64,000 nt of DNA from Isurus oxyrinchus (taxonomy: Eukaryota). A program made the position numbers and the translations under genes. Shown here piece after piece: positions 1-11,413 of this stretch. The stretch lies in assembly GCA_026770705.1 (NCBI GenBank), contig JANJGN010000210.1, positions 62,001 to 126,000 on the forward strand, in the 5' to 3' direction. A model generated the notes under the pieces. It ran no database searches. It was given only the letters and a program-made list of their open reading frames with translations, and was not told the DNA's origin. Position 1 is the stretch's first letter, and each line of letters starts with the position of its first letter.

Positions 1-133
1 CAGTCATTAGTGTGAGGAAAGCTTTATCATTGTGGGATTATATCCCACGGTCACTTTACTGAGCATTGATCTATTTCATTTCGTTGTTTCGAGACACAGT
101 GAAAACGTCAACATAATCCTGTTGCAACACTTG
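1..133 (+). pseudogene. Possible 3' remnant of a degenerate TCR V segment with RSS
   Basis: Perfect heptamer CACAGTG at 95-101 preceded by ...ATC TAT TTC ATT TCG TTG TTT CGA GA (FR3-end-like); nonamer 22-23 nt later is poor (GCAACACTT). Confidence 0.3.
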
Positions 134-1800
134 CCTTTACATTAAATTATTCGCACTGCGCTACAGTTATGCCCTGAATCTTAAACAATGAAAAGGACTG
201 TGGAAAAAGATGACATTGTGAAACGCTAAAACAAATTTGAGTTTTGCCTGGAGAGGCAAAAGGAAACTTTCGTCTTGTGCATCGCATGAATCTCCACGTT
301 GTCTTAATCATCTCAGCCTGTTGAGTTTTGGTGATTGATATATTTCTATGTAGGCTAGGCCAGGTAAGGACGGCAGATTACTTTTCCTCAAGCATTGTAG
401 TCAACCAGATAGGTTTTTACAACAATTGGTGATAGTGGCCGTGGTCAATATTACTGATTTATATACCGGAGTTTCCTTTTCAAAGTGAAGCTAATTATGC
501 TTCATTTTCCATACCGGGAAAGATACTTCAGCTCATAACAACTCGCTGCATAAAAAAAAAATCTATTTTTTTGCCTTTGTTCTTTACGAATTGTCTGAAT
601 TCTGGGTGCAGTGGCTACTGATCCTCCTTCCAGAAGTATCAATATCTCATGAACAACTCTGTGAAAAGCCTTCATAAATGTAAACACATCAATTACACCC
701 TTTCACAATCTCTGCTCTAAGCAGGCCAATCCCAGTTTCTCTAATCTCTTCACATAACCGAGGTCCCTCATCTCTGGTGTAATTCTTATAAATTTATTCT
801 CGACCCACCCCAAGACGATGACATCCTTCTGAAGGTGTGGATTCAAATAAACACATTAATTACTTCTCCTTCAGATAAGTTCTAGCGATAAATGTCCTCC
901 TAAAATTAGGCTGAGCAGTAATCTATGTGATACCAATATTGGTAACAATGTAATGTTGCTTTCTGCTATGTGTTCAACAAAATTGGTTTCTCTATCATTC
1001 TGATGTCAATAGATCACTGTCGCCACCTGCTGACGAAGACTTTCTTCTACTGGCCCCGGAATTTATCAAAGATGATTCGAGAATTCTTTATGCAACCACG
1101 TCCACTTATCGAGTGAAGTTCACTCACAGGAGTTTCTGAGAGCAAACCACGAGGGGCAACAAGATCAAGAGGATTTATGTGCAGAAGGGCCAGAACCGTT
1201 GTCATAAATTATGAGAAGTGTTCCATGGGAAAGTGAGCGGAAATTGAAAATGATAAACCGACCCCATCCTGCATTTGGCTTCTTTCCCCGCATCACATCC
1301 TGTGTTAATTTGTGTAAAAACTGCTAGGGCAGACTTTCTCACCCAGCTTTCGCTCCCTTCCTGTTATCTGGACCACACCCTTTTCCTGGCCCTAGGGGGC
1401 TTTGAACCAGCTGCACCGTCAATGCTCCCAGGAGCTGTACACAGGTGCATGATTAATTATTGAGAAGTGCCAGTGCGTTTCTCCTTCAATTCTTTCCCGA
1501 TCCAGATTCAGAAAACTTGCAGCTATTGGAGTTCGAATGTGCAATTCCAGCACCAGAACTGATAAGATGGGATTTTAATAACGGTCTGCCTTCATTCCTT
1601 TAGACAAACGTTGTAGAAATTCAAATATTTACCAACACCCGGAGCCTATGTTTGTCCCTTTGCAGAATCAGTGTCTCAAAGTTATTATGTTCCGCTCACT
1701 TCCCGCCACAGGGAGTAAAGGAAATTCCTGGCGATTCGACAATTGGCATGTTCCGATGGGAACCGATGGAGAAAGGAGCAGGGGGTCAAAAACGACATCC

Positions 1801-1858
1801 TTACGTCACGAGAACAAGTCTATTTCCAACCAATCTAAGAGCAGAAAAACCACGTGAC
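1801..1858 (+). promoter_or_regulatory. Candidate V1 promoter elements (CRE-like TTACGTCA, E-box CACGTG)
   Basis: TTACGTCA at 1801-1808 and CACGTGAC at 1851-1858, 130-190 bp upstream of the leader ATG; CRE-like motifs are typical of TCR V promoters. Confidence 0.45.
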
Positions 1859-1989
1859 TGGAACATTATCCCTGCCTGTCACATTAACCGAGTATTGACT
1901 TCGTTCAGACGCTCCGTCCTCTGCTGATGTGAGCTGGGCTTCCTTTTTTTACTGACACTTTCATTGTAAGGATACACTACGCGACACAA

Positions 1990-2407
1990 ATGAATCTACT
2001 CTCTGTCATTCTAGTGCTGCTAACTTGTAAGTATAGGGGATTTATTCTGTAACCTGTAGAGAGTGTCTATTTATGCAGACGTTTCTCCAATGACTCAAAG
2101 TCTGAATGTTTTTACAGGTCGATGTCGCTCGGAACAAGTGTCCCAATTTCCCACTGCGGGAAACGTACAGAGCGGGGATTCACTGCAGTTAAACTGCAGC
2201 TATGACATGTCCAATACTTACAGAATGTACTGGTACAAACAGAAATCTGGTCAGGGACTGGAGTTTATTATAAGCAGCTTCTCATCTGGCAAAGAGAGAA
2301 AAGACCGATTCGAATTGGAACTTTCCACTGCGGACAAACGGGGCCAATTGGTTATTGAGAAGACGGAGAACGCCGATACCGCTGTGTATTACTGTGCGAT
2401 AAAGCCT
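1990..2407 (+). CDS. TRAV/TRDV: TCR V alpha/delta-type gene segment V1 (leader 1990-2026, intron 2027-2117, V exon 2118-2407), open frame
   Basis: Leader MNLLSVILVLLT ending in phase-1 GTAAGT; acceptor TTTACAG; V exon EQVSQFP..LQLNCSY..MYWYKQKSGQGLEFI..DTAVYYCAIKP with both V-domain Cys and WYxQ motif. Confidence 0.9.
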
Positions 2408-2446
2408 CACACTGAAGGGAAACGCGGCAGTCACTGTACAAAAACC
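2408..2446 (+). promoter_or_regulatory. 23-RSS of V1
   Basis: CACACTG + 23-nt spacer + perfect ACAAAAACC. Confidence 0.93.
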
Positions 2447-4216
2447 TCGCTCCTGTTTATAGCCCCTGAACAGCTGCAGCGACCTGTCCAATAACACAGA
2501 GGAGGCACGACGGTTCAGAGCCAGTGCAGCAAATGGAAGCTGTGGGCTGGTCTTCCGTGGGCTTTATAAAACCCTTCATATTGTGGCTTTGATCAAAGAT
2601 TGTAACAGTCGCCGCATTAAGTATCCAATAGGAGAAACAGTCACTCGCTGAACGCGGCCTTTGTTGTGAGAAAACCTTCAGTATTGATTATAATTGTAGG
2701 CTTATAATCAGTTGAGCTGATTCGGATATTTTACCGAATATGTGTACATGTGAATCTGCTGTGTGACGACGGACCGAACTTTTAACAGTGATAATTCTTG
2801 AGTCTGTCGATCTTCCGTGCGGGAACGTATCTGTCAGGTCATACAAGCACACGAACAAGAGCAGGAGTAGGCCATTCAGCTCCTCGAGCCTGCTCCTCAA
2901 TTTAAAAAGATCATGGTTGATCTGATTATAAGCTGAAATCTGCATCCCACTTACCCCCGATAACCTATCACCCCCCTTTCTTTCGAAAAATATATCCACC
3001 TTTGCCTTAAAAATATTCAGTTATTCTGCTTCCACCGCCTTTTCAGGAAGAGAATTCCAAAGACTCACAAACCTCTGAGTGAAAAAACAAATTCCCCTCA
3101 TTTCTGTTTCAGATCAGGTCCCTGGTTCACTGTACTGCTGATACATCCAATGGCAAGAACAGACCAACGGAAGCAACACCTCCAACAGCAAAATCGGGTC
3201 AGAGGAGAGGTACAAACGGAAGCTGTGGCGGGGGATGCAGCAGATTGAAAACTGATAAAAGTGCGCGGCGGTGATAAGCTGCAGCCGGAACTGTTGGAGC
3301 GGAAATCGCGACGGTTGAAGCTCCAGAAACCTGTGAGCATCCTGCACCTGTTCACACATCAAATGATTGAGAGCAAAGAGTGCGGGAGGCGCAGGAAGGG
3401 AGCAGAATCATAGAAAGTTAGGGGACTGAATGAGGACTCCGCCTACTGTATCTGTGTCTATTTGAAAGACCCATCCCAATCGCTTTTCATACCTCACAAT
3501 TTCCACGTTGTTTTCACTTTTCAACTTATAATAATTCCGTACTGAAATTTGCGACTGAACCTTCTTCCCCCATCATTTCAGTCACTGTATTCCAGATGGC
3601 AACACATACAATGTAATAAATAAAACAGATCTTTTCATCTCTATTGTTTTCATGAAAATAGAAATGAATGGGTTATTGTATATTCTGGTGCTGGAGGAAA
3701 TTGCGACCTACTCTCAATAAAGGACAATTTTTGGCACATCAATCGAGTCTCTCTTCTGCCTTCTTTGTTACGAGGACATGTTCCCCTATTCAGTTCGCAA
3801 AAATGTTCCCCATCTGTGGTATCAATCTAATGTGCAGCGTCCGCACTTTCTCCAAACCCAGCAATGATTTTTACAAATATAACATCACACCGCAACATAA
3901 ACATCAGCCGCAACAAAGGCTGTGTCCAAACAGCTGCAATTAAGATTACTGGGGAACATTCATGTCTTGAAACGCATTTTAATGAGCCCCGAATCCTCTC
4001 AACAGCCCCATCCGAACACGGTTTGAACTGAATTCACCAGCGGAGGGCGACAAGCTCAAGCAGAGCGTCACTAAGTCAGGTGGTGGAAACGCCAAAGCCA
4101 ATAGGGATGGTTTCCTGAGTGAGGTCAGAATGAGCTGAACAGCCCCCGGGTTCCGTCTCTCGTTCTCAATCTCTGGCTCATTCCATTCACATTCACCGGG
4201 AGGGATTCATTCAGAC

Positions 4217-4744
4217 ATGTTTCTGATAATACTGGCGGTGCTGTTGGACAGTAAGTACTGGAATTAGTTAATCAAGGCAGAATAGAAGATTATTGTACAA
4301 AGATTGCGCTAGTAAGTAATACAATTAACGATCATAAATATCCATATGATGGACAGCTGGGTAGATAGGAGGTTCCACAAACTCACGGAGCTACAAACAA
4401 ATTTAGATCAACACTGTTTAACCGATTGATATTTCATTTCTCCACACACAGGCGGACTATGCGCAGATCCAATAACTCAGGCCCCGGTTTCAATGACGGT
4501 GTTAGAAGGTGGTTCAGTGCAGTTAGGCTGCGAATATACAGATCGGAATATGGAGTACATGCAATGGTATCGGCAGCAGACGGCACAGCCACCAAGATGG
4601 ATTATTACCAATATCATAGCACTGAAGAAAGACGTAGTTTCAGGACGATATCTGGCGGTTGCTGACAAGTCTCAAAAGAACGGTTACCTCAACATAAGCG
4701 AACTGAGTGTGGAGGACGAGGCGGTGTATTACTGTGCAGTTAAG
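4217..4744 (+). CDS. TRAV/TRDV: TCR V alpha/delta-type gene segment V2 (leader 4217-4250, intron 4251-4451, V exon 4452-4744), open frame
   Basis: Leader MFLIILAVLLD + GTAAGT; V exon DPITQAPVSMTVLEGGSVQLGCEY..MQWYRQQ..LNISELSVEDEAVYYCAVK. Confidence 0.9.
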
Positions 4745-4783
4745 CACAGCGTTAGATCACAGCTAGAACCCCGTACAAAAACC
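4745..4783 (+). promoter_or_regulatory. 23-RSS of V2
   Basis: CACAGCG + 23-nt spacer + perfect ACAAAAACC. Confidence 0.93.
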
Positions 4784-5552
4784 TCAACGAGCATTTAGAG
4801 CTTTCGTTTGTGCCTTGGCCAGCTGGAACGGTTTGATCCCGGGTTGCACAGAAGCACAAGAGACAGGTTTATTTATCGCACTTATCCTTGCTCAAATCCA
4901 CCGAAAAGCAGTATTGGGATTTTTTTTAAACCGTGGGATGTGGGATGTGGGCATTACTGGCTAGGACAGCATTGGCTCCCATTCCTTAACTGCCCTTTGT
5001 TCAGAGGGTATTTAAGAGTCAACCACATTGCTGGGTCTAGAATCACATGTAGGCCACGCAAAGGTGGCAGATTTCCTTCCCTAAACAACATTAGTGAACC
5101 AGATGAGTTTTTGCAACAACCGAAAATGGTTTCATGGTGGCGTGGTTGGACATGGTCATCATTAGACTTTCAATTGAATTCAAATTCCGCCATCTGCCGT
5201 GGTGGAGATTCGAACTCGGTTTCCCAAAGAATTAACCTGGGTTCTCAACATCACCAACCTAGCAAAATACCACCAAAGCGGTGCGTTTATCTCCATACCG
5301 CCATTTATACGATAAATAGCTCCAAACTGAACCGGAATATCGATTTGCCAACAGATGTAATGAAAGCTCTCAGAAGTGCAGCTCCTATAGTTGATAATTA
5401 GGGTTGTTCTTACAGAACCGTTAACTCAGGTGGACCCAGGGCGGAATGGTGGATGGGTGGATTGATCGGTTTTTTCTACCTATTTCCACAAGCAACGTTG
5501 TTTAATTTTCCTTGTATATATCATTATGTTAATTGGATTCTTGTTTTGACAG

Positions 5553-5872
5553 CTACTCTTTGTCGCTAGCTTAAAAAAAATCAGATGTTGGTTTATCAGG
5601 AACGCAACGTCAATCATTTTGCTTCACCATAACTCTACTTTCGCTGCAAATGAACTTATATTCTTGTACCGGCAATTCTCCAATCGAGCTCCCGAGCATT
5701 CGTCACCATATTCAGTGATGAAAGAGCTCAGGGAAGATTTAAAGTATCTGTGGACCGTGAGAAAGACCCTGGAACTCTCACCGTTCACTCTGTTCAGTTC
5801 TCAGACGCTGCTGTGTAGTGCAGTGTGGTAAAGCACGGGGAGGCAAGGAGGTGACGAGATTGTACTAGACCT
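5553..5872 (+). pseudogene. TCR V pseudogene (frameshifted, stop in YYC motif) with degenerate 23-RSS
   Basis: Acceptor TTTTGACAG; fragments LYRQFSNRAPE and QGRFKVSVDREKDPGTLTVHSVQFSDAAV*CSVVK; then CACGGGG + 23 nt + ACTAGACCT (5834-5872). Confidence 0.75.
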
Positions 5873-8800
5873 CACTCACCAATGTGACTGGTGAGAAAAT
5901 TAGGACATTGGCTTTAGAAGCGAGAGTGATACAAGTCAATTATGCAAAAAATGCAATTCATCATCCGAGTCATTTAATGGAATAAAAGTATTTTTATGAT
6001 TTACAATAACATAACATACTGATTAATCCTCTGCACAAAAAATAAATCACACATGGAAAGGATCTTCCTTCGTGTGGGAGAATCTAGATCCAGGGGTCAC
6101 TGTTTGAAAAGAAAGTGTCTCCCATTTAAGGCAGAGATGAGAAGATTTTTTTTCTCTCAGAAATTAATGAGTCTTTTGAAGTCCCTTCCTCAAAGGACAG
6201 GTGAAGCGAAGTCTCCGAATGTTTTCAGGTAGAGGTAGATCGACTTTTGATAAACAAGGGAGTGAAATGTAACCCGGGGTAAGTGGGAAGTTACAGTCAG
6301 ATCAAACATGACCTTATTGAATGGAGGACCAGACCTGAAGGCCCAACAGGCCGACTACAGCTCCCGTTTCCCATGTTGGTCCCTACTTGGCATCCTGAAA
6401 TTTGGTTGACAGCCTTCTTTGATGATAAGGGTGATCGCATGCTTTCCATCCTTCCGAAATAAACAATCACAGCATCATCTAAGGCGGATTTATGAATTTA
6501 TGAACAAGAAATTAATCTATTTATGCACATCAGAAAACAGGCAAATAATCTGGGAAGGAAAGCTAATCAGTAAATGTAGCAGAAGCATAACAATGAAAAG
6601 AGAAAAGTTACAGTAATAATATAACCAAAGCCATAAAAACCATGATAATGCAACAATATCACGCAGCAATATTCGAGAATAAATTGAGAGTCGTTGTTTT
6701 GCAGACGAGATTCCACTGGATGGCGTTCTTTGGAAAAAATTTAAGAAGCCAACAGTTCATTGCTGTGACAGGTGACAGCTGGGGATTACAGGAAATATTT
6801 TGGTGCCACGACACGTACTGCAAATAAGAGTATATATAGGGCAAGAATTGATAGATGACTTACAAAAGAGAATTAGAGAAAGGTCCCTGTAACACATTGT
6901 ATTTCATGGTCCAATGTCACTGTGTAGTCTGAAGTATAAGGTTATCACAATGAGAGAGAGAGATAGACAGAGAGAGAGAGAGAGAGAGAGACAGGAAGAG
7001 ATCAGTCCATCTTTTCTTGAGCTAATATTTTGGTTACTATTAGTCACAACTTCAAAGTATCTGGGAAATACCTGGACATTCAAATCCCATCACTCCGCAA
7101 CAAGGGTCAGAGTGACAACCCTTTCTGGCAGAGAGTTAAACATTCCCATTGCCCTCTGTGTAAATCATGTTTCTCACATCACAGCAGCGACTGCACTGGA
7201 AAGATGTTTCCTTAGGGTGGAACGTGCTTACTGACACCCTGAGTCTGTAAAAGGCGATTTCTCTTTCCGAGTGAGATTTGATTTCAGGTGTAAAATTTAG
7301 TTGGCCCCTTCTTTACAGGGGGGCCGGTGAAGTTTATTTATTTAAACTTCCTTCTCTTTATTTCAATCCTTTTTCCTGGATTGGGTTGATGAGGGGACAC
7401 CACCTCTTGAGATTAACAGAATCCTGTCTCCGCTATACACACAGATTCTGTCCGCTCAGCGGGACACCCGTAACTTGTTGGAAACAACAATTGGGAATTT
7501 ATTGAGGAGACCCTGACGGAAACTGGCTTCCTGTTCAGGGAGGACCAGTGATCAAGGCGCCTAAGTCAGTCATCAGCCTGATCACCATTATGAAAGATGT
7601 TCATTAATTTGCCTGAAAGTGCAACCCTGTGTTTGTCGAATTTTTCAAACTCTGTATTCACTCCCTGAGTTACTTGCACTAATTTCCATGTGTTTTACAG
7701 CGCTAAAGAATCTTATATCAAGCTTGATTGACTGACCAGAGAGGTAGAGATAGGTAGAAAAGAGACACTGAGAAACTCAGAGACAGAAAGAGAAACAATC
7801 AGAGAAAGAGAACCAATCAGAGAAAGCCTCCACGATGAGAGTCATAGGGACCTTCCTGAAACATCATAACAAAACACAACACTCAACTAAAAGAGGTGAG
7901 AATCACTTGCGGAGTTATATTAATGAATTTTAACTCGCATTTTTACTAAAATCGACCTTCAAAAATCTATTTGATCACTTTTATTTAATTTTTGGCTTTT
8001 GATGCAGTTTCCGTGCCTTCATGTATTATTGAACAATGGTGCCCCATCTCTCCTGTCAGTTTGCTGTGGACTTTGACCGTGGCCTGTTTGACAGGGTTTA
8101 TTTGGTCAAAGAATGTTGCTGGGGCAGAGACAGGTTATACGCAATGAGCATTGTTCACCAGGTAGTGACTGACACGAAGTAGGACAAACCCCCAAGTACA
8201 AAGTTCCACCAGGACTATTGAGCTTCAGAACTTTCCCTTAATTCTGGAATGTTTCCTGTCACCATTAATAATCCCGAGTTTGCTGGAGATAATGAACAGG
8301 CCAAGATTACATCCCGCCCCTCCCCCATCCCCGTCTCTAAAAGTACAGCCATCACCCTATCAAGACACTGACTGTCCTCCAGCTCGGGGTGTTTCCATTC
8401 CATGTCGGCATGAGCCAGTGAATAGACACGCCCTGAGCTGGGATTCCGTTACTGGCCTCATAGGGTGATTGTGTCCGTTTTACAGGAGAGACGGTGACAA
8501 TTCAAGCTCTGCTTGGATATTTCAACTGTCAAACACAGCATGTTTCATAGATTTCTTTTTTTCCGGGTCAGTTCATTCACTATAATTCTTTTAGTCTTAC
8601 TGCCAGGACACCTGCAGCCGTGACTCCAGTGAGATCTTCCCGATGAACCACTTATCCAGTAACCTGGCTATGATTAAATGTTTTGTGGAGTGATTTCTAA
8701 TATTAGAACAAGGATACCGGTTGTTACGGTGCAAATACTTGAACAGGCAAAATACTCTCCTAATGTAAACAGATATTTGCTCACTGCCCACTTCAGTTTA

Positions 8801-9973
8801 GAACGATTGAATTCTATTTGGTTTGTTGTAGTCCTCGTTGTATCGTTACTCATTTATTTAATCAGCCATGACTCTCAGATTTTAGGTTTGCTGTGAGAGA
8901 GAATGGCGGGAGCACCGGGTTTGCGCTTTTCAGCAATTTGACACTGATTGGCTCAAATTTACGGGGGCTAAGCTCAGAGAGCAGTGTTACAGCCCCCAGC
9001 ACACGTGTAAAGTGATACCTAATTAAATAGAACTCAATGCCAGCCCCCAGGAAAGCCTTTCCATATAAATTTCACTCATAGTGGAAATAGATATGGCGTC
9101 GAAATAGTTCCAATCAAAAAGTTCAGAAACAAGACCTCAGGGCGGGTTTTGCATTTATATTTTTATATTATTTCCCATTAGTTGCACCTTCCACTCACTT
9201 ACTCTGCCCTCTGCATAATAACAGCTTCCAAACATTCTATATGCAATTTTTTTGTTATGATCATACCGTCTCCAACCTATTAAGACAAGTTGATTTCACT
9301 TATTAAACTTCCATTTAATCCAGTGTTTTTAGATCACTGCTTGTGCTGTGATCAGCAAGAAGTTTGCTGTGATCTGCCATCCTCTGCTGGATATTCTGTA
9401 AGTGTTCAGATGTCAATGCATAGAGTTTGAAAGATTGATCAGACAGTCACTGTTTGTCAGAAGCCGCTTTGTGGCAGTTCACAATTCATTTTCCGAGTAG
9501 AATCGAAGGTTTTATATCATGAAAATAAAGACTCGAATAAGGAGTGTTCAGTAATTCTGTGTGAACTCTGGAAATAGGGAGCAAAAAGAGACGGAGAGGA
9601 TAAATACATTGAAGGACATACGGTCAGTTAAAAGTATTTTGTAACCGCATAAAACCCACCACATTCTTACCCCTCCTCAGCCCTGACCAGGACTGATTTT
9701 AGACTCCAAACGTTAACTGCGCATCTCTCTTCGCAGATGCTGCCGGAGGTAGAGTTTCCCCAGTAGTTTCTGGTTTCGTCAGTTAAAGATCCATAGCTGT
9801 ATATCTGAGGTTTATCTTCAGTTCAGTTGCGAATTGAAATCATAAAGCAATATCGCCCTGCAAGTGGACTTCACCAGTTCTTGTTACGTTTTGTGTTTTA
9901 TTGCACTTCTGGAAAGATACCTCGGACGCTCGCACCAGAGGTTGAATTATTGCTTCCGTTTGCCATTGTGAGA

Positions 9974-9987
9974 ACGCCTTCTGCTGA
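9974..9987 (-). promoter_or_regulatory. CTCF-binding motif just downstream of V-RSS
   Basis: Minus strand GACAGTTCC-n8-CTCAGCAGAAGGCGT (core plus upstream-module-like), about 24 bp past the nonamer. Confidence 0.55.
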
Positions 9988-10051
9988 GCAGTAACGGGAA
10001 CTGTCGCTGTAGGCTTTTGACCGACATCCGCTGTATCTCTCCAGCAGTGTA

Positions 10052-10522
10052 GGATCAAGATGCAGAAATGCACCGCAGTCGTAGGTCCGAGCTTTACTAA
10101 TCGTTAACTCGGTGATCTTAGCAATTTCAATAAGCCTAGAACAGAATCGGTCCGCAAAGTAGAATTTCCAGGTTTCTATCCATCTAGGGAGAGGGTGGAC
10201 AGTGGAGGGCGCCTAGGATGTTGATTGCATCACAGTACAAAGCTCTTAGAATAGCTTGTTTTGAAGGTGCATTTCACGGTGATATTACTTCCCTCTTCAG
10301 CCGTCATTTCAGCAGCCGACTATTCTACTGTGTGTTGGTGGCTCAATTCTGACATATATATTAATGATAGTTACGGTCTCATCATCGAGAGCATCATTAT
10401 TAGTGCATTAACAATAAAATGTGGGTTACAGCGCTGAGGGGGAGAATAGAGTTTAACTGGAAAGGGAAATACTTATTGAGAAGTGACATAATAATGAGGA
10501 GCATTCCAGTATGTTTCCACAT
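10052..10522 (-). pseudogene. TCR V pseudogene on minus strand (leader 10477-10522, V exon 10052-10348)
   Basis: Leader MWKHTGMLLIIMSLL with donor mutated to ATAAGT; exon TVE*SAAEMTAEEGSNITVKCTFKTSYSKSFVL*CNQHPRRPP...FADRF..KITELTISK..TAVHFCILI with stops/frameshifts; RSS TACACTG-24-TCAAAAGCC at 10012-10051. Confidence 0.82.
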
Positions 10523-11309
10523 GATGATCATTCCCTCTGTAACTCTGCAGTCTGGAAATCCTCTGCCAGAGCAGAAATACCGAGTCCCGGCCCACTGACA
10601 TTCTGACCCAGACAATGCCAAACTGAGAACAGTGGCAGTAATCTGTCCAATAACACAGGGCAGGCCAGGCGGGCCAGAGCGACGGCAGAAAACGGAAAAT
10701 TTGGGCGGGATTGGAGCAGGCAGTGTCGACACACATCGAATCCATCTGCAAGGATCTGAATTCAACAATAATGGCCCCTTCGAAAATCAAATAATTCTGC
10801 CTGTCGATAGGAGTTGCGGTTCTTTCACATTCATTCCATATTGGGTAAGGGCAGGGTGGACACTGGCGGACCAGAGTTAGTAAATTGCTCAATAACGAAG
10901 GAAATCTTCATTAGCAACCTCGGATAATACTGCGGCTGAACCAATGTGCAGCTTGGCTAGAATAGTCCTGAGCTGAATTATACACAATTATCAATTCTCT
11001 GAAACGTTTAAACCAAAGACTGGCAGAAGGAAATGTCTGAAAATATGGGTGACAGATGGAGTCAGGGATTGAAAAAACACAAGTCGATAGTCAAAGGCAT
11101 CCAAGGAAAATAAAGGTGAGTTCAAGCGTCATAGATCGATTCGTAATGTTCATTTTTATTAGATGTGCGTGCTAAAATCGCACATTGAAATTACTGCTGA
11201 AGTGGTCATTGTCTGTTCTTGTAGGGGGTTGCGTTTTGTTGCAATGTTCCGACGGTTCCTCTGACTGACTGTGGAGGCGGGATTATTGTTTCTGTTTATT
11301 GACTTGAGA

Positions 11310-11323
11310 GCGCCCTCTGCTGA
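11310..11323 (-). promoter_or_regulatory. CTCF-binding motif just downstream of V-RSS
   Basis: Minus strand GAGAGTTCC-n8-CTCAGCAGAGGGCGC, near-consensus CCAGCAGAGGGCGC, about 25 bp past the nonamer. Confidence 0.7.
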
Positions 11324-11348
11324 GCACTAACTGGAACTCTCAGTGTGG

Positions 11349-11412
11349 GGGTTTGGTACGGCATCCGTTATAGCTCTGCTGCAGTGTGGGCTGCATGGCA
11401 CCTAAATATAGA
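11349..11412 (-). pseudogene. 3' stub of a minus-strand TCR V plus RSS, truncated by Penelope insertion
   Basis: Minus strand LYLGAMQP then CACACTG-24 nt-ACCAAACCC (11349-11388); downstream flank 11210-11390 is homologous to the flank of the V pseudogene at 9880-10050. Confidence 0.7.
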
Positions 11413-11413
11413 G

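Noticed and set aside
2118-4744. V1/V2 as NAR-TCR supporting V or IgNAR V
   Set aside because: Both have their own leader exons, normal CDR2 length and only the canonical Cys pair in the mature domain; no NAR V-D-J block is seen.
6650-6915. Possible very degenerate minus-strand V (YVSWHQ ... KTTTLNL ... AA*YC)
   Set aside because: Only scattered motif resemblance; no convincing RSS, leader or acceptor.
9680-9780. Additional hammerhead at an old Penelope tail
   Set aside because: Core is decayed (CTGACCA..CAAA); non-functional relic.
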